From the IMG/VR virus record IMGVR_UViG_3300014208_000018, positions 1 to 40,250 of that record: a stretch of 40,250 nt of DNA. The stretch is one strand, 5' to 3'. This document shows, in pieces, positions 8,710-17,771 of this stretch. This DNA comes from a virus. Lineage: Duplodnaviria; Caudoviricetes. The translations under genes and the position numbers were made by a program. How positions within the stretch are numbered: the stretch's first letter is position 1; every line of letters begins with the position of its first letter. A model generated the notes under the pieces. It searched no databases and was not told where the DNA came from. It saw only the letters and a list, made by a program, of their open reading frames with translations.

Positions 8710-11271
8710 CTAAGCTACAGTACATCCATTATTCGAAATGACATACCATTTACTGTTAGTGAACATCAGTAAGCAAGAATCTCCCACATCATTAAATTTA
8801 ATTGTGGCAAATCCTCCTGGATTGGCCGGAGTAAGCGTTCCTTCTCCGCCATCTGATAACATTATACAGAATTTGAGTTGTCCTTCCGTACCGTCAGCAA
8901 GTGTTAATGCATCTGCCGCAGTTGTAGTGATTTCTGTGATCGATGAGACCACATCTACCGCTCCAGCTCCAGTTAATGACTGAGTCTTGCTCATTAAAAC
9001 CACATTGGCTAAATCAATTTGTCCCGAACCATTCGGGGATAAAGTGATATTGCCATTAGCACCATCGGTAATAGTGATATCACCAGTAGTACCATTTCCA
9101 GTTTTAAGAATCAAGTCATAATTTCCAGATGATTGAACAATCGCGGCTGCCGCACCAGTACCAACTTGGATACCAGCGAGATCAGCATCAAGACGCATCT
9201 TCTCTGTTAATGTGCCAGCCACATCGACATAAAATGCCATGATTCCGTCGGGATTAGCCGCGGCAATATCTTTGGCAATTACATCGATTCTTGCATAACT
9301 CTCGGCGGCTGCCGCATCGTCGATTCCCGTGAAGAGAATTCTACCGACGACATCATTCGCGGCCGCTGATGCAGACACATGATTAAGTTGAAGAACAGCA
9401 CCCAATGCACCTGCATCGGTGTTATTTATTTCAACTACACCAGTTGTATTGCAAACGAGTTTAATTGCACCTGCAGCACCATCAACGATATTGATGTAAC
9501 TTGAATTGGTCCCAGAATTGGTTTCGAGTTTAAGATCATATGCACCACTTGAACTGATAGTTCCGGCTGCCGCTCCTGATCCAACCAATATAATTCCTGC
9601 TCCATTTGGAATCAGGCTGATTGCGCCATCAGCGCCGTCAGTAATAGTGATTAAACTAGAGGTAGTCCCCGAGTTTGTACTCAAGGTCAAATCGTAAGCT
9701 CCATTTGAAGTTACGATTGCAGCGGCTGCTCCGCTACCAACAACTAATCCATTGACATCTGAGTCAAGGGTTAATATAAGGGTAACAGTATTAGCTTTCA
9801 TCACGTAGAATAATAAATCGGCATCAGTGCTACCGGCTGTTACGTCAGTTATCACTGTATCGATTCTTGACATTACTTCTACGTTAGCACTGGCATCTTT
9901 AGCATAAACTGCAATTCTTCCAGCAACATCACTGTTGGCCGGAGAAGCGGAGTTATGATAAAGTTTTATCCACGCGCCAAGTGCGCCTGCGTTTGTACAT
10001 ACACCTTCAAATACTGCACCAGCTCCGCTTGTCGTTGAATAAACGACCGAAGGAGTGTTGGTATCAGTACCTGAGAAACCGAATCTTGCGACTGTACCAC
10101 CTGCAGCGATTTCGCCATCAGCTGTTACTTCTAAAACGGCCTTAGTTGAAGCTAATGCTCCACCGCCATTAATTACAGCTACTGAATTATCAACGGAGTC
10201 TCCATCGAGAACCATCGCTTGCATCAATTTAGATGCACCGACAAATTCTATACCAACGGAAGTTTCAACAGGAGTTCCAGACGGAGCAATTCTAATTTGA
10301 TTTGATCCTGCGGCAGAATTGCCGGAAGAATTAATCAATAAAATTGCTTTATTGTCAGCGGTTACTCCAGATGAAGTTACTGTGATAACATTTTCTGATG
10401 TTTGAATACCTGTAATTTCTAAAGCTTTCGTAGAATTAACGCCGGAAGCAATGAGGGTTGCCCCGTCAACGCCAACGCTAAATCTAACTGAGCCGTCATT
10501 ACAAGTTAAAAATGTTCCACCAGAAAAACCAGAAGCTGTGGTCACTAAATTGATCATATTACCTGAAGTCACGCCATTGGCGGTAATCAAGATAACATTT
10601 CCCGTAGTGACTGCAGCAGCAACGACTGTTAAGGCCGCATCGGTGTCGTCATTTGTCAATGTAATTTTACCATTTGAAATTACGACATCACCTGCTGTGA
10701 CTGTGAGACAATCAGTATCAGCTGTTCCGGTAATAGTAATTGAAGCAGTGGCTGTTAATGCCGGACCGATAGTTACCGCACCGGTAGAAGTTCCACCGAT
10801 TATAATAGTACCAGTTCCAGTAGCATCAATTGTAAGATTAGCCGCAGCGGTTAAACTTTCGGCTATTAAACTTGCAAAAGTTCCAGCACCTGCGGAAGTT
10901 ACTGACCATGTACTTGATGTACCAGTAACATCATTACCAGTTCCTGAATTAGAGAATGCTAAAAGTGCGCCGGTCGCTGTAGCTTGCGCTGCGAGCGTTA
11001 AAGCGACTGAAGATTCTCCAGCTAATAACTGAATTGTAAATGTGCCATCGTCTATGGATAAAGTTTTATCTAAATCATACAGGTCGTCCCATGTTGACAC
11101 TCCCCCGGCACTTGATACGGAGACCCAAGATGAGCCATTCCAATATTTAAGTGATCCGGAAACAAATGCCAAACCGCGCCGATTCGCATCGGTGTCGGTA
11201 GGATTCGCTGAATAATTTACTAATTCTAACCAACCAATAGACGATTTAACGAAATTATCTGTTTCTGCCAT
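8710..11271 (-). CDS. Repetitive fibre-like virion protein (853 aa), possibly a head fibre
   Basis: Very Thr/Gly/Ala/Ser-rich. Three VG(S/T)GAAA-x-x-x-x-S-x-G-x-YDL-x-L-x-T repeats and two AGALGA...DV-x-GRI repeats; encoded just after the capsid gene. Confidence 0.65.
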   Translation of the reverse strand: MAETDNFVKSSIGWLELVNYSANPTDTDANRRGLAFVSGSLKYWNGSSWVSVSSAGGVSTWDDLYDLDKTLSIDDGTFTIQLLAGESSVALTLAAQATATGALLAFSNSGTGNDVTGTSSTWSVTSAGAGTFASLIAESLTAAANLTIDATGTGTIIIGGTSTGAVTIGPALTATASITITGTADTDCLTVTAGDVVISNGKITLTNDDTDAALTVVAAAVTTGNVILITANGVTSGNMINLVTTASGFSGGTFLTCNDGSVRFSVGVDGATLIASGVNSTKALEITGIQTSENVITVTSSGVTADNKAILLINSSGNSAAGSNQIRIAPSGTPVETSVGIEFVGASKLMQAMVLDGDSVDNSVAVINGGGALASTKAVLEVTADGEIAAGGTVARFGFSGTDTNTPSVVYSTTSGAGAVFEGVCTNAGALGAWIKLYHNSASPANSDVAGRIAVYAKDASANVEVMSRIDTVITDVTAGSTDADLLFYVMKANTVTLILTLDSDVNGLVVGSGAAAAIVTSNGAYDLTLSTNSGTTSSLITITDGADGAISLIPNGAGIILVGSGAAAGTISSSGAYDLKLETNSGTNSSYINIVDGAAGAIKLVCNTTGVVEINNTDAGALGAVLQLNHVSASAAANDVVGRILFTGIDDAAAAESYARIDVIAKDIAAANPDGIMAFYVDVAGTLTEKMRLDADLAGIQVGTGAAAAIVQSSGNYDLILKTGNGTTGDITITDGANGNITLSPNGSGQIDLANVVLMSKTQSLTGAGAVDVVSSITEITTTAADALTLADGTEGQLKFCIMLSDGGEGTLTPANPGGFATIKFNDVGDSCLLMFTNSKWYVISNNGCTVA

Positions 11272-11572
11272 ATTTGTTTGATTCGATTAGGTTTATAAGT
11301 TGTTTTTCAATTATTTCTTGTTTAACATAACTTGAGATATGAATCGGAACATATCCTTGCGAAAATAGAAAAATATCTTTATGAGTATCGGTATGTTTGT
11401 GAATGTTTCCATCCACTTCTATGACTGTTCTTCCGACAAGGAAGTCCACGACATATTTTCCAATCCGATATTTCGTTTTGAATTTAATTCTATTTCGTTT
11501 GAAAATCTCACCGATTCTTCTCTCGCCTTTTGTCGATTTGACTTTTGTTAAACGTAATAATTGATTTCTCAT
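11255..11572 (-). CDS. DUF559/Vsr-like PD-(D/E)XK endonuclease
   Basis: E-RR-I...YRIGKYVVDFL...VIEVDGNIH...D-x-FL-x-x-x-GY signature. Confidence 0.75.
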   Translation of the reverse strand: MRNQLLRLTKVKSTKGERRIGEIFKRNRIKFKTKYRIGKYVVDFLVGRTVIEVDGNIHKHTDTHKDIFLFSQGYVPIHISSYVKQEIIEKQLINLIESNKYGRNR

Positions 11573-11625
11573 ATCCCTATTAGTTCAATCGCTTGGAGAA
11601 AAAAGCGAAGGTTATCTGGGGTTTA

Positions 11626-11940
11626 TTAGACGTTTTTCTCGTCCGACTTTTTCTCTGCCTTTTTGATTTCTAAAATAAGATCGCCGCGCGTTGCGACTTT
11701 CTCATCAAAATCAATCCCCAGCTCCTTTGCCTTAATTACTAACTCAGGTTTTCTGAGTTGACTTAATTTTCTAGGTTTATCACTTTCGATTTCCAAAGGA
11801 TCAAGAAAGCCGGCCCTAACATCATCGGGATTCATGCCCTTAGAATGTATTGCATCCATCTCGGCTTGAGTCCAAGGAATGCCGGGAGCTTTAACCCTAT
11901 TTTCATTCGTAAGTTTAGCCCAGTCAATTTGAGTAGACAT
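11626..11940 (-). CDS. Small head-module protein with C-terminal HEH/Rho-N-like motif
   Basis: LSQLRKPELVIKAKELGI...ATRGDLI helix-extension-helix pattern; immediately after the capsid gene. Confidence 0.5.
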   Translation of the reverse strand: MSTQIDWAKLTNENRVKAPGIPWTQAEMDAIHSKGMNPDDVRAGFLDPLEIESDKPRKLSQLRKPELVIKAKELGIDFDEKVATRGDLILEIKKAEKKSDEKNV

Positions 11941-11977
11941 AAGAGTTGTTTTGATTAATTTTATTTAAATGTAAACT

Positions 11978-12005
11978 TTCGGGGGAATTTACGGCTTCCC
12001 CCGAA
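11978..12005 (-). terminator. Hairpin downstream of the major capsid gene
   Basis: TTCGGGGGAA/TTCCCCCGAA perfect 10-bp stem with 8-nt loop; the U-tail is weak. Confidence 0.6.
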
Positions 12006-12052
12006 CCGACTATTTTTATTATAGATTTATTTTCTTACAAAGAAATTAATGA

Positions 12053-13030
12053 CTAGGATTTATCTCCTTTGCTACCTGCGATATAAGCCGGAAAGCCCAT
12101 ACCGATTGCATAGAAGAAATCTAAAGAATAAGCCCAATTTTTATTCGCGTAGACTTGTTCCGGAGCATCAAGTGCCGGACGTTCTGCAAATAAACATTGT
12201 AACGATTCTTTAACTCCTTTAGAGTCACACATGAACCAATAGGCAGAAGAGTCAGTGCCATCACTCGCTAAAGCGAGACGAGGCCAGACGATTACTTTAA
12301 CTTTGCCTTTTAATGGATTCTTGTCATTATTCGCACTGCCCGGTAAATACTCAGAATTACAAATACGATCTGCAATATCTTCATTGTCAGCGGTTACTAT
12401 GATTGTGTCATAGTTAATCGATCTAACAAGATTATTCGGATCGCGATGCTTCAATCCTTGCGCTCTCATATAAACAATTGCTTGTCTTGAAAGTGGAGGA
12501 TTGGTGTTGGTCCCGTCCGAAATTATATTGGAGAAAACATCTGAATTAATCGGAGTAGTATGTGAAGCAGTAAATAATGCTAATCCATCAGGTCCAAGAG
12601 CAGAAACCGTGTCTCCGTAAACATCAGTATAAGATGTTCCCCAACCTTGAATGATTCTATCAGCCAATGATTGGTCAATCTTATCAAATGCGTCTTCAGT
12701 GATGCTTCTAACAACAGAATCAATCTGATTGTGAAGATCAAATTTTCGCATTTTTTTAGTGATGTCAACTTCAGCACCGAAGTATTCTTGGGTCCAAGAA
12801 ACTGAGTCACCTTCTCTGGCACTTAACTTTGGTAAGTCTTGGCCGGAAGTAACTCTCTTGATCCCGGATACTCCATGTAGGATTAAATGATCATATGTTA
12901 AACGATCTGTATCGAATACATTGAAAATTGAAAATCCAACATTTTCTGCTACCTTGTTTTTGGCTACTTCGTTAAATATACTTTGTAAGTCATCAGTTAA
13001 TGACGGAAAATCGCTAACTAAAATAGGCAT
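12053..13030 (-). CDS. Major capsid protein (HK97 fold, Mu gpT-like)
   Basis: 325 aa; GPDGLALFTASH, IIVT...A-x-RI-x-NS...NN-x-x-NPL and S-x-YWF motifs; follows the scaffold and decoration genes. Confidence 0.85.
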   Translation of the reverse strand: MPILVSDFPSLTDDLQSIFNEVAKNKVAENVGFSIFNVFDTDRLTYDHLILHGVSGIKRVTSGQDLPKLSAREGDSVSWTQEYFGAEVDITKKMRKFDLHNQIDSVVRSITEDAFDKIDQSLADRIIQGWGTSYTDVYGDTVSALGPDGLALFTASHTTPINSDVFSNIISDGTNTNPPLSRQAIVYMRAQGLKHRDPNNLVRSINYDTIIVTADNEDIADRICNSEYLPGSANNDKNPLKGKVKVIVWPRLALASDGTDSSAYWFMCDSKGVKESLQCLFAERPALDAPEQVYANKNWAYSLDFFYAIGMGFPAYIAGSKGDKS

Positions 13031-13034
13031 ACGT

Positions 13035-13439
13035 TTAAGCTATATTATGCACGAAGTATCCTCTAACCTTTTTGTCGGCTGCCGCTCCAACGTTCTCTGT
13101 GACATAGAATACGTCCGTTGTGGTCGCATCATTATCAAGAGTGTCGTGATCGGTTAAGTCAACATAGGTTCCTCTTTGAGTGACGGCGGAATTGTGAGTG
13201 CAATCGCATTCAAATTCAACTCCATCAACGATGAGAACTTGGATGTCCTCATGTTCGCCGGCGGCAGTAACTTTATCTTCCAAGGCAACCATTCTGATCT
13301 CTGTGGATGCAGATGTTGCTCTTTGTAAATAACCACTTGCCCAATCCAAAGCATCAAACTTTGTGATTGTAGATCCGGAAACAGTACCACTTTTAATGGT
13401 AACAATTTTTCCGGAATCGTAACGTAGAGGTGTAAACAT
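13035..13439 (-). CDS. Capsid decoration/cement protein
   Basis: 134 aa, beta-rich, between scaffold and major capsid genes. Confidence 0.6.
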   Translation of the reverse strand: MFTPLRYDSGKIVTIKSGTVSGSTITKFDALDWASGYLQRATSASTEIRMVALEDKVTAAGEHEDIQVLIVDGVEFECDCTHNSAVTQRGTYVDLTDHDTLDNDATTTDVFYVTENVGAAADKKVRGYFVHNIA

Positions 13440-13487
13440 AATTTATCGTGCGTTTATGTTGGTTAAACTTATAAGGAATAATCGACT

Positions 13488-14186
13488 TTATTTGTACCAT
13501 TCCTTAACAGGAATTTTTTTAGTAAGAATACTCTTACGTTCCTGATTTTTGCCCTCTCCTTTTGTACCAGATGGTTTGCTTTTTTCTGCGGCAAGATCAG
13601 CAGAGATTTTTCTGTCATTATTGTTTCCATCATCTCCGTTGTTGGTTTTTCCACCATTTTTCTCCCAAAGAGTTCTAGCGTCTTGAATGTCCGCTATAAT
13701 ACTCTCGGTAGATTCTTTTCCGCGACGAGGAGTGTAAAACTTGATGATATCCACCCAGTTTTTATCAATCACTTCGTCTTTGCAAACTTCTTTAATGGCC
13801 TTATCCGAATTGATTTTATGCAAATCAGCGCGGGTAATAGGCTCATTATCTGATTTCTGTTTAGGTTTTTCTTCGTTTTTTTGAACTGGCTTTTTAAAGC
13901 CTTTGAGTTTATCCTTTACGGATAATAGACCATCTTTATAATTCTTTTTATCGCGAAGAATTTTCTCAACAGTTTTTCTAGGAAGGACAACCGTTTCATC
14001 CTCTTCATCTCCTAAATCAACCTCATCGTCTTTATCACTTTGGTCTCCCAAAGTTTTATTGATTTGAGATTCTATTTCTTCAGTAGATGAATTTTCTGAA
14101 CCGGAAGCATTGTTTTGCGGTTGACCATCTCCGCCAGGAGTTTTCTCCTCTCCATTATTTAAGTCAAGTGTTTTATTTTCTGACAT
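13488..14186 (-). CDS. Scaffolding protein
   Basis: Acidic low-complexity N-terminus, helical core and basic C-terminus; upstream of the capsid genes. Confidence 0.65.
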   Translation of the reverse strand: MSENKTLDLNNGEEKTPGGDGQPQNNASGSENSSTEEIESQINKTLGDQSDKDDEVDLGDEEDETVVLPRKTVEKILRDKKNYKDGLLSVKDKLKGFKKPVQKNEEKPKQKSDNEPITRADLHKINSDKAIKEVCKDEVIDKNWVDIIKFYTPRRGKESTESIIADIQDARTLWEKNGGKTNNGDDGNNNDRKISADLAAEKSKPSGTKGEGKNQERKSILTKKIPVKEWYK

Positions 14187-14194
14187 ATTTATTA

Positions 14195-14238
14195 AATCCT
14201 TTAATTTGTGAACTCGGCAGGATCAATCCCGAGATGTT
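14195..14238 (-). promoter_or_regulatory. Hairpin or possible pseudoknot in the scaffold 5' UTR
   Basis: CTCGG/CCGAG stem whose loop GATCCT can pair with downstream AGGATT, 8 nt before the ATG. Confidence 0.4.
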
Positions 14239-14284
14239 AGTTAATAAATTTTTTAAGTTTAAATAATATAGATAATATTAAATA

Positions 14285-14405
14285 AAATAAAAACGGCCAA
14301 ACTTATCGAAAGGCCAGCGTGCAATTTGATGACCATAAAGGCGGAGCCAAAGGCCACCAAATTGCACTTACTGCTAAAATTAACCTTTCATAAGTTCTCC
14401 GCCTT
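14285..14405 (-). ncRNA. Structured intergenic RNA (about 120 nt) in the head module
   Basis: 16-bp inner stem with two G-U pairs, an outer stem of about 14 bp, 9-nt complementarity between the apical loop and the 5' end, and a U-rich tail. Confidence 0.65.
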
Positions 14406-14432
14406 ATAATAGTTAATATACTGATTATTTTT

Positions 14433-15044
14433 TTATTTCTTATCTTTCTTATCTTTTTTATTTTCTTTTACTTCTTCTTCTTTTACTTCAGTGAGATTCT
14501 CAAATGCATTGCACCATTCATCATAAAGTAATGCTTGTCGTCCGCCAAACTCTTCGTGAGATTTTAAAAGAATATCTTTGACTCCTTCAATCATATTCTT
14601 ATTGGACGGCAAAACATCGACGATATAATCTTCATTCAAGTAATCCTGATATTCTTTATTGAAACCATCAACATCTTTAATCTTATACTTTTTACCTTTA
14701 TGCTCGTCGGTTGTTTCTTTAACTTCAATGATTTCTTCGCCATTTTCACTAACTTTAACTTCCGGATAGAACATAACAGGCAATTCAACTTCTTTTTCTT
14801 CGCCTTCTTTACCTTGTTTAACTTTTTTCTTTTCGGCGTACTTTTTAAGAAGTTCAATGCGAGTTTTATCTAACTCTTGAAGTATCGGCGCGATCAATTG
14901 CAAAAATCTTGTTCTTGATCTTGAAGCTTGGCCGTGCAACATTTGATTGCCCAACCATTCAGCCAAACCGACTGATTTTTTACTAACCCCATTCTCTTCT
15001 GGTGTTCCAATAAAAAAGTAATTTTTTAATTTAAGTGTTTTCAT
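14433..15044 (-). CDS. DUF1617-like phage protein
   Basis: G-x-ASRSRTRFL...ELLKKYA...FNKEYQDYLNE pattern. Confidence 0.5.
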   Translation of the reverse strand: MKTLKLKNYFFIGTPEENGVSKKSVGLAEWLGNQMLHGQASRSRTRFLQLIAPILQELDKTRIELLKKYAEKKKVKQGKEGEEKEVELPVMFYPEVKVSENGEEIIEVKETTDEHKGKKYKIKDVDGFNKEYQDYLNEDYIVDVLPSNKNMIEGVKDILLKSHEEFGGRQALLYDEWCNAFENLTEVKEEEVKENKKDKKDKK

Positions 15045-15056
15045 ATGTTCGCCTTT

Positions 15057-15389
15057 TTACCCTTGCTCTTGTTCGCCTATTTTCTTATTGTCTTCGCGAA
15101 CAGAAGCACCGGTCTTTGGTTTAGTTTGTTTATAGGCCATATCGACTTTTTGTAAAGTTCTCAACAGTTCGAACCTTTGGCCGAGCCAAAGTTTATAACT
15201 GTTTTGATCTAAACCTACGCCCATTGTTTTTAATAATTGTATATCTCTTTTTCTAAAATATTCTCTAAATCCCATATCTGAATATTGACGAATAAGCCAT
15301 TGATTAATTCTTTCATTATCAACGCCGGTGATTTGTTTATCATCGTCAAGCAATCTGAATAAAAGTTTGATTAAAAATTCTCTAATCAT
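15057..15389 (-). CDS. Hypothetical protein (post-portal)
   Basis: Tightly packed ORF in the head module. Confidence 0.6.
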   Translation of the reverse strand: MIREFLIKLLFRLLDDDKQITGVDNERINQWLIRQYSDMGFREYFRKRDIQLLKTMGVGLDQNSYKLWLGQRFELLRTLQKVDMAYKQTKPKTGASVREDNKKIGEQEQG

Positions 15390-15396
15390 ATAATAT

Positions 15397-15675
15397 TTAT
15401 TCTATTGGTTCTACGCCAATTAAATCAAAATCAGCTCTTGCGACTTCATTTCCCTCTAATGCTTTACTCTCTGAATAAGAATTCATCTTAATCTTTATTT
15501 TCATTTCATATTCTTTGCCTACTTCCCAATCTTTAATTTCCGGTAATTGTTTGGCGTTAAAACTTATATAAGGTAAATCAATTCTTGATGGCCATATTTT
15601 ATCCGTGGTCATTTCAAGACTTTTTTCTTTCTTTTTTTCCATTTCTTTTTTTGCAAGTTTTACTAAATCGTACAT
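15397..15675 (-). CDS. Hypothetical protein
   Basis: Tightly packed ORF with phage-like composition (QLPEIKDWEVGKEY). Confidence 0.6.
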   Translation of the reverse strand: MYDLVKLAKKEMEKKKEKSLEMTTDKIWPSRIDLPYISFNAKQLPEIKDWEVGKEYEMKIKIKMNSYSESKALEGNEVARADFDLIGVEPIE

Positions 15676-15708
15676 AAATTTAAAATTAAAAAATTAAGAA
15701 ATTAAAAA

Positions 15709-17760
15709 TTATTGTGTTGCTATTTGTCCTGTTTCTGGTGGTAAGGGTGGTTTTGTCGCACCTGTTCCTTCTCCTGCTTCTGGTGCGCCTCCTGTGCCTC
15801 CTGCCTGGCCTAATTCAGCTTCTTTTGCTGCAGCCTGAAGTTCTTCTAACTTTTTAAGATATTTACCCGGGCTATCATTATATGCTTTAGCGAATTGCTC
15901 GAAATAATCTTTTTGATTTACAACGAATATTTGAGGGAATAATTTACTGACTACTTCTAATTTTTCAAGTACCTCTGCTTGTACGCGACCCTGATTCTGT
16001 TTATAAACAGTCGATGATATAATTTCAATTTGGAATCTATAATTATCAAGATAATCTGTCGGGATAATTAATTTTTTATATTGTATTCCTTGCTGTTTCA
16101 TCATTTCTTCTTCAATGGATGTTGCCGCTTCTAAAGATTTCTTTTCACTATCTTTAATGTCCCTAAATTGAATAGCAAGTGTTCCTCGTTCACCGGTTGA
16201 TGAATCTAATTCGCAATCATTGATAATATAAGTTTTATAAACTTTAATCTCTTTTATTTCTCCTGTCTTTTCATCTTTTTCCATTATTGTTTTTGGCTGA
16301 GGATAGTTCTGTTGAATGTTGGCCAGTCTTAAATAATATTTTTGCCTCCATAAATCAGTAATCATTTCATTATAAAGTGTTTTCATTTCCTGTAATTTTT
16401 CATCAGCGATAACTACTTCTCTGGCTGTAGCTTTCTTTCCGCTCAATAAATTTGGAAGTGATGGACTGGTATCTTCGAGGAGTTGACCTATAATTTTAAA
16501 AAATGAAACATCAGCATTATTAATTCCTTCCACTGGTATTGATTTAACTTGAGTGACGTCTTCAACGGAAATATGAGAGGATCCCGTCACTATCTGGTCT
16601 TCTAAATCCAATGCATCTTGATTAACTCTTCCGACTAACATTCCCGGTAACATTGAGCGCCATTGTTTATCACTCATTGTGTTAAATGTGGTGTTAAATG
16701 AGTCATAAATTCCGGCCATAATATTTGGAAATGAATTACCATAGAAGAAACTTTTGTTCACAAATGGTTCAAATATAGTTTTCGCGAATGGATATGCTTT
16801 AACTCCATTCTTTTTCCATAAAAGCGGCGCATTGAGCAATAATACTCCGTTGGCCACGATTATGTATGAATCTTTCATTCTGTTGTAAAGTCTGATAACT
16901 TCAATATTCTTTCCGTTTGTTCTCGTTTCCCATGCGTTTTTTTGTTGATAATAAAAAGATGTAGTATCAGCATCGGTTAATTCTCCTTTAGTTTTTACGT
17001 AATTAAAATTTGTATATTTACCAAATTCATTTTCAAATACATCTTTGTCTAAATATCTAACCCATGCCACTTCGGGTTGATCTTGAACATCAGAAATATT
17101 AATATCTCTGATAAAAAATTCTGTGATCGGCAATTGATAAGATATACATTTATCATCGACGTCTACTTCTTTTTCAACATATTCAATCTTACCGGTGACG
17201 ATATCATAATTTGTTATAAATTTTTGTTTGTATCTTGTTTTTAAATATCCTTCATATTTAATGACTGTTCCATGTGTCGATGCTTCCCACGATTCCCAAA
17301 AATTCTCGAGTACTGAATTTTCTTCTTGAATGTATGATCCTTTAATTAACCATTTCACTATCTCGGCCCGATTTACATTCATTACGTTATCTTCTCCATA
17401 TGCTTTAATTTCCATGTCTGGAACTTGTAAAGAAAATCCGGCTAAATTCTTTTTCTGTTTATCGCGTATTGTCGGAAGTGGAACATTTGATTGCCAATCT
17501 TCTTTCGGCGGATCATATGATTCTTTGGAAACTACATAAGCATTTAATCTTTTATCTCCATCGTCAACAAATGCTTTTAAATTTCTATTATTAAATTCAG
17601 GATATGTCTTGGTTTGAAGCGTGATCATATCCTGCAATGAATTATAAACACCCTTTATAATTTTTTGGTCTGAGATGTTTGGATTATAAGCAGTCTTGGG
17701 TGTTTCTCCATTTGTTTCTTCTTTATTATTTATTTTATTTTCTTTTTCTCCTTTATTCAT
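15709..17760 (-). CDS. Portal protein (P22-like, 683 aa)
   Basis: Directly after TerL; YPF...FYGNSFP and TA-x-E-x-x-I-x-x-E motifs; low-complexity C-terminal tail. Confidence 0.85.
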   Translation of the reverse strand: MNKGEKENKINNKEETNGETPKTAYNPNISDQKIIKGVYNSLQDMITLQTKTYPEFNNRNLKAFVDDGDKRLNAYVVSKESYDPPKEDWQSNVPLPTIRDKQKKNLAGFSLQVPDMEIKAYGEDNVMNVNRAEIVKWLIKGSYIQEENSVLENFWESWEASTHGTVIKYEGYLKTRYKQKFITNYDIVTGKIEYVEKEVDVDDKCISYQLPITEFFIRDINISDVQDQPEVAWVRYLDKDVFENEFGKYTNFNYVKTKGELTDADTTSFYYQQKNAWETRTNGKNIEVIRLYNRMKDSYIIVANGVLLLNAPLLWKKNGVKAYPFAKTIFEPFVNKSFFYGNSFPNIMAGIYDSFNTTFNTMSDKQWRSMLPGMLVGRVNQDALDLEDQIVTGSSHISVEDVTQVKSIPVEGINNADVSFFKIIGQLLEDTSPSLPNLLSGKKATAREVVIADEKLQEMKTLYNEMITDLWRQKYYLRLANIQQNYPQPKTIMEKDEKTGEIKEIKVYKTYIINDCELDSSTGERGTLAIQFRDIKDSEKKSLEAATSIEEEMMKQQGIQYKKLIIPTDYLDNYRFQIEIISSTVYKQNQGRVQAEVLEKLEVVSKLFPQIFVVNQKDYFEQFAKAYNDSPGKYLKKLEELQAAAKEAELGQAGGTGGAPEAGEGTGATKPPLPPETGQIATQ

Positions 17761-17771
17761 AAGTTTAATAA

